Positions 9,022 through 18,958 of a stretch of 64,000 nucleotides of DNA are shown piece by piece. The stretch is from the NCBI GenBank assembly GCA_000995185.1, contig LCET01000004.1:2630-66629 (forward strand), in the 5' to 3' direction. Numbering within the stretch: the stretch's first letter is position 1; the number at the start of each line of letters is the position of its first letter. This stretch comes from Candidatus Woesebacteria bacterium GW2011_GWC1_42_9. Lineage in GTDB: Bacteria > Patescibacteriota > Microgenomatia > UBA8517. A program made the translations under genes and the position numbers. A model generated the notes under the pieces. That model ran no database searches, was not told the DNA's origin, and was given only the letters and a program-made list of their open reading frames with translations.

Positions 9022-10908
9022 ATGTGTGGAATATCAGGCAAAGTATACTTTGACAGGAACCAAGTCACTCCCCGACAACTGCAATTAATGGCTCTAAAGC
9101 TTTCTGATCGCGGCCCAGATGGTAAGGGTTATTTTATATCAAAAAATAAACAAGTAGGCTTTGCCCACAATCGTCTTTCCATTATCGATCTGACAATCAA
9201 AGGACGCCAACCTATGGTTTACAAAGAGCGGTATGTTATTACCTTCAACGGCGAAATCTATAACTTCAAAGAAGAAAAAGCAAAACTCATTAAAAAAGGA
9301 TACACTTTTCAATCAAACACTGACACAGAAGTCGTCGTCGCCCTCTACTCAGAATACGGCAAGGCTCTCCTTGATCATCTCAGGGGCATGTTCGCTTTTG
9401 CCATCTATGACATAAAAGAGGAACAACTACTGCTTGCAAGAGATAGGATAGGTAAAAAACCACTCAAGTACTATTTAGATCAAAATACTCTTATTTTTGC
9501 ATCCGAACTTAAAGCTATTCTCACCCAGCGGGAAGTAAAGCGAGCTATCGATTACAAAGCAATTCAACTTTATTTAACCTATGGATATATCCCTGCGCCC
9601 CAAACCGGATTCCAAAAAATAAGAAAGCTCGAGCCTGGAAGTTATCTTTTATTCAACTTAAAAACCAAAAAAATAGAGCATCGCCGATATTGGCAACCAA
9701 CGTTCGACCAGAAACTTCAGCTCTCCGAAAGAGAATGGTGCAATAAAATACTTCAAACCTTAAGTGAAGCAACAAAGATGAGAATGTATGCCGATGTCCC
9801 ACTTGGAGCTTTTCTCTCAGGTGGCATAGACTCCAGTAGTATTGTGGCTCTAATGTCCACTTTCTCAAAAAAGCCAGTTAAAACTTTTACCATTACTTTT
9901 GAAGACAAGGATCTAAACGAAGGGCCTTTTGCCCTAAATATCGCAAGAAAATATCATACTGACCATCATGAATTGCTTGCCAAACCCCAATCAGTAGAGA
10001 TACTCCCTTCTTTGGCACATCAATACGAGGAGCCATTCGCAGACTCCAGCACTGTGGTGACTTGGATGATCTCACAGCTGGCGAGAAAACACATTAAAGT
10101 TGTTTTAACTGGAGATGGAGGAGATGAAAATTTTGCCGGTTACCCCAATAGATACCTACGCCTCAAAAGGGATGTTGATTATAATCGCTGGATACAATAT
10201 ATCAGGCCGTTTACGGTTGAGATTCTTAAAGGTTACTGCCAAATAACTGACAATCTGCAGGCAGTAAGGATAAAAAAATTCCTCGAAAAGTCGAGACTGC
10301 CAATCTACGAACGTTTCGCGTCATATAACCAGATATTTAAACCAGAAGAAATTCTCCTTAATGCTTCAGGAGAATTATCTCAAGTAAACAAAAAATATGA
10401 CCCTCATCATATAGTTGAGTCCTGTTTTAATTTGTTTGAGGGCAAAGACTTAAAGGACGCAGGGCTTAAATTTGATCTGTTGTTCTTTCTACCAGACGAT
10501 CTTCTTGTCAAAATGGATATTGCCACAATGGCCATGGGGCTTGAAGCCCGGTCCCCATTCCTCGATCAAGAATTAGTCGAACTTGCCTGCAAAATCCCTT
10601 TTAATCTCAAAGTTAGAAATGGAGAAACAAAATATATTCTAAAAAAGGCCCTACTAGATATTATTCCCAGAGAAAATCTTTACCGACCCAAGGTTGGTTT
10701 TACTATCCCCTTAGGAAAATGGTTTAAACAGGAACTACACCAATATGCCAGCCATCTCCTTCTCACCAAGGGATCCAAAACCAGACATATTTTAAAATAC
10801 AGCTATGTTAAACAAATGGTAGAAAGTAATAATCAAAAGCAGGATTTTGGACCGAGGCTTTGGGCACTAATGTTTCTTGAGCTTTGGATAAGAGAATATT
10901 TTGGCTAA
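9022..10908 (+). CDS. asnB: Asparagine synthetase (glutamine-hydrolysing)
   Basis: N-terminal MCGI (Cys2 Ntn amidotransferase), PP-loop SGGIDSS. Confidence 0.85.
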   Translation: MCGISGKVYFDRNQVTPRQLQLMALKLSDRGPDGKGYFISKNKQVGFAHNRLSIIDLTIKGRQPMVYKERYVITFNGEIYNFKEEKAKLIKKGYTFQSNTDTEVVVALYSEYGKALLDHLRGMFAFAIYDIKEEQLLLARDRIGKKPLKYYLDQNTLIFASELKAILTQREVKRAIDYKAIQLYLTYGYIPAPQTGFQKIRKLEPGSYLLFNLKTKKIEHRRYWQPTFDQKLQLSEREWCNKILQTLSEATKMRMYADVPLGAFLSGGIDSSSIVALMSTFSKKPVKTFTITFEDKDLNEGPFALNIARKYHTDHHELLAKPQSVEILPSLAHQYEEPFADSSTVVTWMISQLARKHIKVVLTGDGGDENFAGYPNRYLRLKRDVDYNRWIQYIRPFTVEILKGYCQITDNLQAVRIKKFLEKSRLPIYERFASYNQIFKPEEILLNASGELSQVNKKYDPHHIVESCFNLFEGKDLKDAGLKFDLLFFLPDDLLVKMDIATMAMGLEARSPFLDQELVELACKIPFNLKVRNGETKYILKKALLDIIPRENLYRPKVGFTIPLGKWFKQELHQYASHLLLTKGSKTRHILKYSYVKQMVESNNQKQDFGPRLWALMFLELWIREYFG

Positions 10909-11795
10909 ACCAATAACCTTCCATAATTAGTGATCTCGATGTCGTGTTCTTCAATAAATTTTTTTAGGCGCGGACTTCGGAGAGCTTTAAATTCAACCCG
11001 CCGTGAAGATTTATTTGTGTAATATTCAAAAAATGGACTGGTATATTTAACTTCTTTTGCAGGGAGGGCGGGGTGAGAAACAATGTCAATAAGAGAATAA
11101 TTCTTTTCTGAAGCGTGCCTCAAAATCCCAAGGATTACTTCCTCGCTCATGTTGTCCGTATGCAAGACCCCAAAGCATGCCTCGCTTTTTTTGAGATAAT
11201 ATTTTCGAAATAGCGGAGTGCACTTTCGGGCGCAAAATTTGAGAATCCCAAACTTAATAATATTTTTATTCAGTAAAGGTCTCGTGTCATTTTTTAAGCC
11301 GCTCGTAAGATAATAATCTTCTTCAGAAAAACGAATATATCGAAGGTGGTATTTTTTAGTTAAGCGCGCAACGATTGCAAAAATGGGCGGGATCATATGA
11401 ATATGATCATGGCCATTAACATGGTCAATTGGTAGCCGCTCCTTTTTTGCAACTTCAAATTGGTGAGAAAGGTCGCGCTCTATGGCTTGAAGAAGAGACT
11501 TAGAATGGAAAACATATAACTCTTGAAAATAATGCTGGAAACGTCTTTTATACAAGCCTTGTTCGTCGGCAAGCTCGCTTGTGACGGTTGGCCCATCCGT
11601 CAAATTTAAATGAAGTCCAAGGCCAATTTTTTTAAAGGACTTCGTCCGAAAAGTGCGAAGGGCATGTTTATGGTCCACACCATTTACAGTGAGAGAAGCA
11701 CTCGAAGTGATTCCAAAATTAACACACTTCGCAATTGCATTTGTAAAGGCAAGATTATGACCAAAATCGTCATTATGAACGATGACTTTCATCAA
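10905..11795 (-). CDS. YdjC/ChbG/HpnK-family carbohydrate deacetylase
   Basis: MKVIVHNDDFGHN..., GLGLHLNLTDGP motifs of YdjC family. Confidence 0.7.
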   Translation of the reverse strand: MMKVIVHNDDFGHNLAFTNAIAKCVNFGITSSASLTVNGVDHKHALRTFRTKSFKKIGLGLHLNLTDGPTVTSELADEQGLYKRRFQHYFQELYVFHSKSLLQAIERDLSHQFEVAKKERLPIDHVNGHDHIHMIPPIFAIVARLTKKYHLRYIRFSEEDYYLTSGLKNDTRPLLNKNIIKFGILKFCARKCTPLFRKYYLKKSEACFGVLHTDNMSEEVILGILRHASEKNYSLIDIVSHPALPAKEVKYTSPFFEYYTNKSSRRVEFKALRSPRLKKFIEEHDIEITNYGRLLV

Positions 11796-12744
11796 TATTT
11801 AGGGTTTCTTTAACGATGTAACTGGGCCTCTTTTTAACCTCACTAAAAATAACGCCAAGATATTCACCGAGGATACTCATATAAATAATAATAAAGCCAT
11901 TGAGAATGATGCTCAAAAACGCCAGGGTTTTGTAGCCTTCAATAATTGGCCGATTTGCTCTGAGGGCCAGCAAAAGATCAAAAAAGAAGACTATCATCGT
12001 GACAATGATAACAACCGAGCCAACAACAAACGCCAAACGAAGCGGTTTCAAACTAAAAGAAACAAATCCCTCAACAAACATGTTGACAAAAGCGCTTAGG
12101 GAATAAGAAGAATTGCCGAAACGCCTTTTGTTTACACGATAAGATATTTCGGTAATATTTTTACCGGCCAAGGAGACCATCCCTCGAAGGAAAAATTTGG
12201 TCTCGTGGGAAGATTTAAGATAAGTAACCACTTCACTTGAGATGAGCCGGAAGTCAGAAACAGCAGGTCTAATGAGTCCGCCAGTTATTTTTTGCCAAAG
12301 AAAATAGCCAATTTTGCGCCCCTGGCGAGTAGCAAAGTCAACACTTTTATCCTCAGCCTTACAGGCGTTCACTACATCAAAACCTTTTTGCCAAAGAGCC
12401 ACAAATTTAGGAATAAGAGTAGGTGGGTGCTGAAAATCGGCATCCATAGTGATAATGGCTACGCCCTTGGCACACAGTAAACCGGCGCGAAGAGCGGCCT
12501 GGTGACCGGACCTTTTATACAAAAAGACTCCTTTAATTTTCTTACTTCGGCGACAAAGATTTGTAATCTCAGAGCGAGTCTTATCTTTACTGCCATCATC
12601 CACACAAATAATTTCGTAGTTAAAACCAGATGGGATATTTTTGATAATCTCGGGGACTAAAAGCTTTATATTTTCTGCCTCATTGTGACAAGGCAACACA
12701 ACACTCAATAACTTTCTCATAAAAATGCTCACCAATGATATCAT
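11773..12744 (-). CDS. GT2 polyprenyl-phosphate sugar transferase (DPM1/ArnC/GtrB-like) with C-terminal TM helices
   Basis: LSVVLPCHNEAENI...VDDGSKDKT...ITMDADFQHPP; two C-terminal hydrophobic helices. Confidence 0.8.
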   Translation of the reverse strand: MISLVSIFMRKLLSVVLPCHNEAENIKLLVPEIIKNIPSGFNYEIICVDDGSKDKTRSEITNLCRRSKKIKGVFLYKRSGHQAALRAGLLCAKGVAIITMDADFQHPPTLIPKFVALWQKGFDVVNACKAEDKSVDFATRQGRKIGYFLWQKITGGLIRPAVSDFRLISSEVVTYLKSSHETKFFLRGMVSLAGKNITEISYRVNKRRFGNSSYSLSAFVNMFVEGFVSFSLKPLRLAFVVGSVVIIVTMIVFFFDLLLALRANRPIIEGYKTLAFLSIILNGFIIIYMSILGEYLGVIFSEVKKRPSYIVKETLNIDESHRS

Positions 12745-12750
12745 TAGAAA

Positions 12751-13824
12751 ATGGAAAAGCGAATCTATATATTTTCCAGGGTTATCTTCTTGTTCTTTGC
12801 GATTATAGCCAGTATTTGGCTCCCTTTAAGAGAGGGGTACATTAACGAAATCTCATCCTGGGCAAATTTTGACGGGCGTCACTACATCACAATTGCCACA
12901 CAGGGCTATGATCGCTTTAATTTTGTCTTTTTTCCCCTATATCCAGGTCTCATATATTTACTTCATAAAATTTTCTCGCTAAATCCAGTTATCGCGGGAT
13001 TATTAATTAGCTATCTGTCTTTTTATGCCGCGCTTGTAGTTTTCAAAAAATTAGGAGAACTGGATTTCAAAAAATCTGAAGTTAAGTGGTCAATGATTTT
13101 CCTAGCTCTTGCACCAACAGCTTATTATTTTCAAGCAGTTTACACTGAGTCGCTGTTTTTACTATTAATCCTTCTTACTTTCTGGTTTGCACGAAAGAAA
13201 AGTTGGTTAATGGTGGGAGTTTTTGGCTTTTTAGTTTGTTTAACCAGGCATAGCGGGATTGCCTTAATTCCGGCTTTAATTGCCGAGTGGTTTTATCAGA
13301 GAAAAGATTCACAAGAGAAAAGAGACTACAAAATAATCCCAGCCATTGGACTAACCATTCTTGGAACACTTTCATTTATGGCATACACCAAAGTTTTCTT
13401 TGGAGACTTTTTCCTTTTTAAGAAATCATTCGCGGCTTGGGAGCGAGACGAAATTATTTTTCCCCTCCAAACAGTCTATCGATATCTTAAAATATTTATC
13501 TTCGTTAATCCGAGACTTTTAGTTTATTGGATTGCCGTTCTTGAATTTATAAGTTTCCTTGCGGCCATAATATTAGGGCTTTACACGACCTTAAAAATTC
13601 GAGTTTCGTATGGAATCCTCATCCTTACGCTTCTAGCCATGGGGTCATTAAGTGGTACATTAATTGGAACTCCAAGATATCTACTACACATGTTCCCAAT
13701 TTATTGGGCAATAACAAATATGACGGCCACTCGAAATAATTTAAGATACTTATACTTAGGCATTTCAATCGCGCTGGGATTTATTTTGACGAGCCTTTTT
13801 GTGAGAGGATACTTTGTATCCTAA
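12751..13824 (+). CDS. Polytopic membrane protein, putative GT-C-type glycosyltransferase (by architecture and context)
   Basis: ~10 predicted TM helices; divergent partner of GT2/YdjC genes. Confidence 0.4.
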   Translation: MEKRIYIFSRVIFLFFAIIASIWLPLREGYINEISSWANFDGRHYITIATQGYDRFNFVFFPLYPGLIYLLHKIFSLNPVIAGLLISYLSFYAALVVFKKLGELDFKKSEVKWSMIFLALAPTAYYFQAVYTESLFLLLILLTFWFARKKSWLMVGVFGFLVCLTRHSGIALIPALIAEWFYQRKDSQEKRDYKIIPAIGLTILGTLSFMAYTKVFFGDFFLFKKSFAAWERDEIIFPLQTVYRYLKIFIFVNPRLLVYWIAVLEFISFLAAIILGLYTTLKIRVSYGILILTLLAMGSLSGTLIGTPRYLLHMFPIYWAITNMTATRNNLRYLYLGISIALGFILTSLFVRGYFVS

Positions 13825-14346
13825 TTAGCTTAAGGCAAGCCTAATTCTCTCCTCCGCCTTCTCTGGAGTTGATTTGCTTACTAAGGCAACCTCTTCCACG
13901 ATCCGACTGATAGCAAGCTTAAGAACCTCATTTTTTGCCCTTGTAAAGCCGTCTCCATCTCTCTCCTTCGCTCTCCAAAATTTCCGGACAACACTTGACG
14001 ACTTTTCTATTTGATTCATATCAAGGACAGACTTCGCCTCAATAACATCAAGGTCGGCCTTATTGCTTGATTTTTTCGAAAAACTCCTTAATATCTCGTT
14101 CAGCTGATTTCTTATGATCGGCTTCCTTATATTGATCATCCCTAAATTCTCCCTGGGAATAGAGCAAGTGTAAGAATTATTTTTAGTCTTTGCGAAGAAT
14201 GGCCGATAGTAAACTTTCTTTTCGTCTACTTTATAAACCTGATACACATCCCCTCTTTCAACAAACTTGCTTCCGACCTTTACTTTGGTTAACAATTGAA
14301 GCTCATTATACCACAAACTTAACTTTCTTAGATTTTTTAAGCGCAC
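13825..14346 (-). CDS. Hypothetical protein (173 aa; GTG start)
   Basis: ORF only. Confidence 0.4.
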   Translation of the reverse strand: MRLKNLRKLSLWYNELQLLTKVKVGSKFVERGDVYQVYKVDEKKVYYRPFFAKTKNNSYTCSIPRENLGMINIRKPIIRNQLNEILRSFSKKSSNKADLDVIEAKSVLDMNQIEKSSSVVRKFWRAKERDGDGFTRAKNEVLKLAISRIVEEVALVSKSTPEKAEERIRLALS

Positions 14347-14377
14347 TTTAGTATAATATCGAAGCCCTCATGCGTTC

Positions 14378-14449
14378 GGGCCCGTAGCTCAATGGTAGAG
14401 CAACACCCTTTTAAGGTGATGGTTGAAGGTTCGAGTCCTTCCGGGCTCA
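14378..14449 (+). tRNA. tRNA-Lys (anticodon UUU)
   Basis: GGGCCCGTAGCTCAATGGTAGAGCAACACCCTTTTAAGGTGATGGTTGAAGGTTCGAGTCCTTCCGGGCTCA; AGTATAAT -10 at 14350-14357. Confidence 0.75.
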
Positions 14450-14454
14450 CTCAT

Positions 14455-14528
14455 TGCGGGATGGTGTAACGGTAGCACGCCTCTCTTTGGAAGAGGAAAT
14501 TGGGGTTCAACTCCCTGTCCCGCAACCA
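14455..14528 (+). tRNA. tRNA-Gln (anticodon UUG), U1:A72, CCA encoded
   Basis: TGCGGGATGGTGTAACGGTAGCACGCCTCTCTTTGGAAGAGGAAATTGGGGTTCAACTCCCTGTCCCGCAACCA. Confidence 0.65.
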
Positions 14529-14529
14529 A

Positions 14530-14913
14530 ATGACTTGCGAAGTTCCTACAGAAGCAAAAGAATCAGACAGGAATCCCCCAATGGTCATAGCGATTTCGTG
14601 GGCGCAATATAAAGAAGGGAAACACATCTTTGGATATTTATTCTCCCAAGAAGCGACGCAACAAATGAGGGAGTGGTTAAAAGACCACAAAGAAGAAGTA
14701 GCCAAAACCAAAACAGGCACGAAGCCCCCATTTAAACTCGATTCTATCTCCCCTAACTTAAAAATAGACTTCCCTTGGGCGCATAGTGCAATCTATCCTG
14801 GTATAACCGTATATGACGAAGAGAACGAATTAAAGCATGAATTAATTCTTCAGGCAATTGAGTCTTTTGGATGGGATAGCGACTTTAAAATAATAAAAGT
14901 CACGCGCTGGTAA
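14530..14913 (+). CDS. Hypothetical protein (track ORF 14500 start lies inside tRNA-Gln; ATG 14530 used)
   Basis: ORF only. Confidence 0.4.
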   Translation: MTCEVPTEAKESDRNPPMVIAISWAQYKEGKHIFGYLFSQEATQQMREWLKDHKEEVAKTKTGTKPPFKLDSISPNLKIDFPWAHSAIYPGITVYDEENELKHELILQAIESFGWDSDFKIIKVTRW

Positions 14914-14921
14914 TTAATATT

Positions 14922-15467
14922 ATGAAAAAATTAAAAGCCAAAGAGTTGAGAGACTCAAATCCTTCACAAGCGGAGCTACTTAAAATTAAGCGTAATCCAA
15001 TTTACTTTGTATTAGATGAAATCTTAGATACTTATAACATTGGATCAATGTTTAGATTGGCAGATGCCGTCGCGGCTGAGAAAATATATCTTTGCGGTAA
15101 AATGGAAACTCCGCCCTCAAGCCGCATCCACAAAGCCGCTATCGGGACCGAAAACTGGGTCCCTTGGGCCGCCGCTGGCTCCGCACAGGAGGCAGTCAGA
15201 GAACTCAAAAAAAATAATATTCAGATAATAGCTATCGAGCAGAATAAAAAATCAATCCCTTATTCACAATTATCCAATAATCTACGCTTCCCGGTTGCCT
15301 TGGTATTGGGGCACGAAACTAAAGGAGTTAATAAAAATGTATTAAAGGAAGCAGACCAAATTGTAGAACTCCCTATGCTTGGAATTAATAATTCATTTAA
15401 CGTTTGGGGGTGTGCCGCCGTGATCGCCTACAAACTGCTAGAGCTACAAGGCCTCCTCGATCACTGA
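14922..15467 (+). CDS. SpoU/TrmH-family RNA 2'-O-methyltransferase
   Basis: SPOUT motifs LVLGHETKGV and LNNSFNVWGCAAVIAYKL. Confidence 0.75.
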   Translation: MKKLKAKELRDSNPSQAELLKIKRNPIYFVLDEILDTYNIGSMFRLADAVAAEKIYLCGKMETPPSSRIHKAAIGTENWVPWAAAGSAQEAVRELKKNNIQIIAIEQNKKSIPYSQLSNNLRFPVALVLGHETKGVNKNVLKEADQIVELPMLGINNSFNVWGCAAVIAYKLLELQGLLDH

Positions 15468-16214
15468 TTTGAGGTTTTCAAACGGGACCGCGCCGGGAAG
15501 AAGCCAGGCCTCGCCGTTTTTATTCACTATAAAACTCCCTGGAGTACCCGTTACTCCCGCCGTCTCTCCAGCCGATTGCTGATCGGCCACTTTGTCTTTA
15601 AACTTTCCGCCTTCCAAGCAAGTCTTCACAGAATCGGAGCTTACCCCTGCCTCACCGGCAATTTTCAAAAACACTTCATTAGAAAGCCCTTGGTCTTGGA
15701 CTGAAAACACTTTATCGGCAAAATTCCAAAAAGCTTTGTCCCCACCTAATTCAAACACACATTCGCTCGCCTCAGCGCCAGACTGTGCATTAGGATGAAG
15801 CGATACTAATGGAAAATGCCGATACACCCAAGCAACTTTTCCGCCATATTCATCTACAGCTTGCTGGGCGGTCGGGTGAAACTTTGAGCAGAAAGGACAC
15901 TCAAAATCCGAATATTCAATCAAAAAAACCTGGGCATCTCGATTTCCTTTAAGATGGTCATCGTCGCCAATAGGAGGAATCCTTTTAGCTTGGTCCTCAC
16001 TCAATTTCCCATTAGGAGGGGCTTGATTCCCCGAATCAGGAACGGTAGGGTCGCCAGCTCCAGCGACTTTCGAAGGAGAACCGCCGGTCTCTAAAATAGA
16101 AACTTTCTGCCACATCACCCCCAAGGCAAAAGCCATTCCAATAACCAGGACTAAAAGTACGGGGACTACCCTATCTGTGAGTTTTATCTGTGGAGTCTCG
16201 GCCATTCGTCTCAA
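15444..16214 (-). CDS. DsbA-like thiol:disulfide oxidoreductase with N-terminal TM anchor
   Basis: DFECPFCSKF (CxxC) in thioredoxin fold; TM helix near N-terminus. Confidence 0.75.
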   Translation of the reverse strand: MRRMAETPQIKLTDRVVPVLLVLVIGMAFALGVMWQKVSILETGGSPSKVAGAGDPTVPDSGNQAPPNGKLSEDQAKRIPPIGDDDHLKGNRDAQVFLIEYSDFECPFCSKFHPTAQQAVDEYGGKVAWVYRHFPLVSLHPNAQSGAEASECVFELGGDKAFWNFADKVFSVQDQGLSNEVFLKIAGEAGVSSDSVKTCLEGGKFKDKVADQQSAGETAGVTGTPGSFIVNKNGEAWLLPGAVPFENLKSVIEEAL

Positions 16215-16240
16215 GAGTATGTATTAATAGATAATTTTTG

Positions 16241-17182
16241 TCAACCCTTTAATTCTTCTAAATATTTCAGGGCATCCATGGCCGCCATGCACCCAAATCC
16301 CGCGGCAGTTACTGCCTGTTTATAGCGATAATCGTGGACATCGCCTGCCACAAAAACACCCGGAGTGTTGATTGGATATTTTGCATACCCTTTCTCATCC
16401 AGATCAATCTTCCCTGAAAATATTTTCGTTGAAGGAGTGTGGCCTATGGCCACAAATATTCCGTCTATAGCCAGTTCAGAAGTTTTTGAAGTTTGATTAT
16501 TTAATAGTTTAACGCCTTCGACTTTTTGATCACCCAAAATCTCCATCACTTCGGTATTCCAAATTATTTTAATATTTTTATTATTAAGAACCTTTTGCTG
16601 CATCGCCTTTGAAGCTTTAAATTGATCCCTTCTATGAATGATTGTCACCTCGGTGGCATATTTTGTGAGGACTAAAGCTTCTTCCATCGCACTATCGCCC
16701 CCACCAACCACTGCGACTTTTTTACCTTTAAAAAAAGGGGCATCACAAGGAGCGCACGAACTTACTCCCCTTCCCAATAGTTTTTGTTCACCAGGTACTC
16801 CAAGCCAACTAATTTCCGCTCCTGTGGCAATAATGACCGATTTCGCTTTATATTTTTTGCCGCCAGCAACGGCCACAAAGGGCTTTGAGCTAACATCAAG
16901 TTCCGTAACATTCTCCTCAATTACTAAAGCACCAAAACGCTCTGCTTGCTTGCGCATTAATCCCATAAGTTCAGGCCCATGAACTCCATCTGGAAAGCCG
17001 GGGAAATTATCAACGGTTGTTGTGAGCATCAGCTGACCACCCCACTTGACCCCTCCAAGAACAAGGGTGGAAGCCGCGCCGCGGGTCGCATAGATTGCCG
17101 CCGTCAGCGAAGACGGGCCGGAGCCGACCAACAATACATCCCAAGCCTCACCTTCTGCAGGTTTCTTTGCTAATTCCATCAT
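16241..17182 (-). CDS. trxB: Thioredoxin-disulfide reductase
   Basis: FAD/NAD(P) Rossmann motifs, redox-active SCAPCDAPFF. Confidence 0.85.
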   Translation of the reverse strand: MMELAKKPAEGEAWDVLLVGSGPSSLTAAIYATRGAASTLVLGGVKWGGQLMLTTTVDNFPGFPDGVHGPELMGLMRKQAERFGALVIEENVTELDVSSKPFVAVAGGKKYKAKSVIIATGAEISWLGVPGEQKLLGRGVSSCAPCDAPFFKGKKVAVVGGGDSAMEEALVLTKYATEVTIIHRRDQFKASKAMQQKVLNNKNIKIIWNTEVMEILGDQKVEGVKLLNNQTSKTSELAIDGIFVAIGHTPSTKIFSGKIDLDEKGYAKYPINTPGVFVAGDVHDYRYKQAVTAAGFGCMAAMDALKYLEELKG

Positions 17183-17439
17183 ACAGCCGGTTTTTCTTCT
17201 GGCTTGTCAGGTTCCATCGGGGCACCTACAGGGGGTGTCCCCATATCTCCTCCCTCCATGGGCTTCTCACCCACAGGCGGAGTCGGGACTACAGGACTTT
17301 CGCCGCCCACTGGAGCCGGGGTTACCGGAACTGCAGGAACTGACGGCATACCTGTTGGCGAAACAGGAGCACTTGCCGGCATATCTGTTGCTGGCGGAAC
17401 TCCCATTCCTGTACCCACTGGTTTGTTTTGGTCATCCAT
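17179..17439 (-). CDS. Pro/Thr/Val-rich low-complexity small protein between trxA and trxB (frame uncertain)
   Basis: 4-bp overlap with trxB start; the opposite-strand ORF 17204-17476 is equally low-complexity. Confidence 0.35.
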   Translation of the reverse strand: MDDQNKPVGTGMGVPPATDMPASAPVSPTGMPSVPAVPVTPAPVGGESPVVPTPPVGEKPMEGGDMGTPPVGAPMEPDKPEEKPAV

Positions 17440-17455
17440 AGTATCACCTCCCTAC

Positions 17456-17800
17456 TTAAATAGCTTTCTTAATTAATTCTTCAAAGGCTTCTTTTCCACT
17501 AAACCCAATTTGACGTCCGAACTCTTTCCCTTCTTTAAAGATGATTGTTGTAGGGATGCTCATCACTCCATACTTACTAGCGACTTCTTGGCTCTCGTCA
17601 ACATTCAGTTTCACTACATTAACTTTACCTGAGTAACTTTCCGCAAGCTCATCTATCACAGGTCCCGCCGTTTTGCATGGACCACACCAAGGAGCCCAAA
17701 AATCAACCAACACAGGAAGTCTCGATTTCAAAACTTTCTCTTCAAAATCAACACCAGTTATATCACTTGCTACCATGCCACCCACTATAGCGTTTGACAT
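17456..17800 (-). CDS. trxA: Thioredoxin
   Basis: WCGPCK active site. Confidence 0.9.
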   Translation of the reverse strand: MSNAIVGGMVASDITGVDFEEKVLKSRLPVLVDFWAPWCGPCKTAGPVIDELAESYSGKVNVVKLNVDESQEVASKYGVMSIPTTIIFKEGKEFGRQIGFSGKEAFEELIKKAI

Positions 17801-17821
17801 ATTGGCTAGTCAACCACTGAT

Positions 17822-18355
17822 TCAAAACAAAAATCCCAAAAATATCAATATCACCAGATTAACAACTAAATAAGCAATCGTCCTCTGTTTGTCAAAAATT
17901 ATTTTTAACTGCCAAAACCAGTTATTCACATTCCCTGTTTCCTTGTAATCAATATACTGGTCAACCAAAAGATGAAGTAAAAATGACAACACGATCCCTC
18001 TCCCTAAAAGACTATCTGACGAACTAATTACATAAAAGGCAAGTATCGTAAATACCATCTGAAACAAGCCGGAGTGAAAAATTAATTGCTTTCTTTCTGA
18101 TCTTGTCTGAGAGAGAAGATTAATGGTCCTTTTATATTCGCTATTTTGCATCATCAAGTCCGCCCGCTGGCTAGTTAGCTCATGCGGCCTTAAAAACTTA
18201 ACGTAAATAAAGTGATCCACGTCAGGGATAATTGTCCCAATAAGGCTCCCAACGACAAACCATAGATAAGTATCCTCAGACCAGCCTTCCGCTAGAAGCA
18301 CGAGTAGAACAAACACTAAAGCCGAGATTAAATGAAAAGCCAGATCCTTTTTCAT
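17822..18355 (-). CDS. Membrane protein, possibly DUF457/YdjM-like metal-dependent hydrolase
   Basis: Four TM helices; IIPDVDH motif. Confidence 0.4.
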   Translation of the reverse strand: MKKDLAFHLISALVFVLLVLLAEGWSEDTYLWFVVGSLIGTIIPDVDHFIYVKFLRPHELTSQRADLMMQNSEYKRTINLLSQTRSERKQLIFHSGLFQMVFTILAFYVISSSDSLLGRGIVLSFLLHLLVDQYIDYKETGNVNNWFWQLKIIFDKQRTIAYLVVNLVILIFLGFLF

Positions 18356-18378
18356 CTACTTCCAGATTACATCGATCT

Positions 18379-18696
18379 TTACAGTACCTGCAAGCGGTGG
18401 ATCGCTAAATCCACTTGCTTTTCGGAAATAAATTTTACGCCCTCACTAACTAACCTTGCCTTTTGCTCCCTCCAGCCGTCAAAAGCAAAATTTTCGGCGA
18501 CCATCCCTTCTTTATTTACCACTCTATGGCAAGGAATTTTGGTTGAAGTATTTGCATGCAGCGCCCAGCCAACTTTGCGTGCATCGCGTGAACCTACCAA
18601 TGCCGCCACCTGTCCATACGTCGCCACCTTCCCTCTAGGAATCTTTTCTACTATCTTATAAACCCTAGTAAAAAAATTACTTCTCCTTTTTAGCAT
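18379..18696 (-). CDS. ogt: Short methylated-DNA-[protein]-cysteine S-methyltransferase (Ogt) DNA-binding domain with active-site Cys
   Basis: IPCHRVVN (PCHR active-site motif). Confidence 0.75.
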   Translation of the reverse strand: MLKRRSNFFTRVYKIVEKIPRGKVATYGQVAALVGSRDARKVGWALHANTSTKIPCHRVVNKEGMVAENFAFDGWREQKARLVSEGVKFISEKQVDLAIHRLQVL

Positions 18697-18958
18697 CTTT
18701 AAGTTGTTTTAATTTCCACATAAAAAGTCTTGCCTTAGATTTAACTTCGTAAGCATCTTTAACAAAATTTTTGGCAATTTCCAAATGCGCTCTTGAAGTC
18801 TCCTTTGCAAGCTTCATATATAAAGCTTTATGTCTGATATCCCCTAATTCTTGGGCTAAATCGTACCCATACTTTTGGAACTCCCTACTAATATATTTAT
18901 CTTTGGTATTCTCAAATCTACCCAGTACCTCGCCGATCTTTTTGAAATCACGCCCCAT
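18677..18958 (-). CDS. Hypothetical small basic protein
   Basis: ORF only. Confidence 0.4.
   Translation of the reverse strand: MGRDFKKIGEVLGRFENTKDKYISREFQKYGYDLAQELGDIRHKALYMKLAKETSRAHLEIAKNFVKDAYEVKSKARLFMWKLKQLKDAKKEK

Noticed and set aside
17204-17476. Plus-strand Pro/Gly-rich ORF opposite the minus-strand Pro-rich ORF
   Set aside because: Low complexity translates openly on both strands. The minus frame was preferred only for operon context, so this is not resolved.
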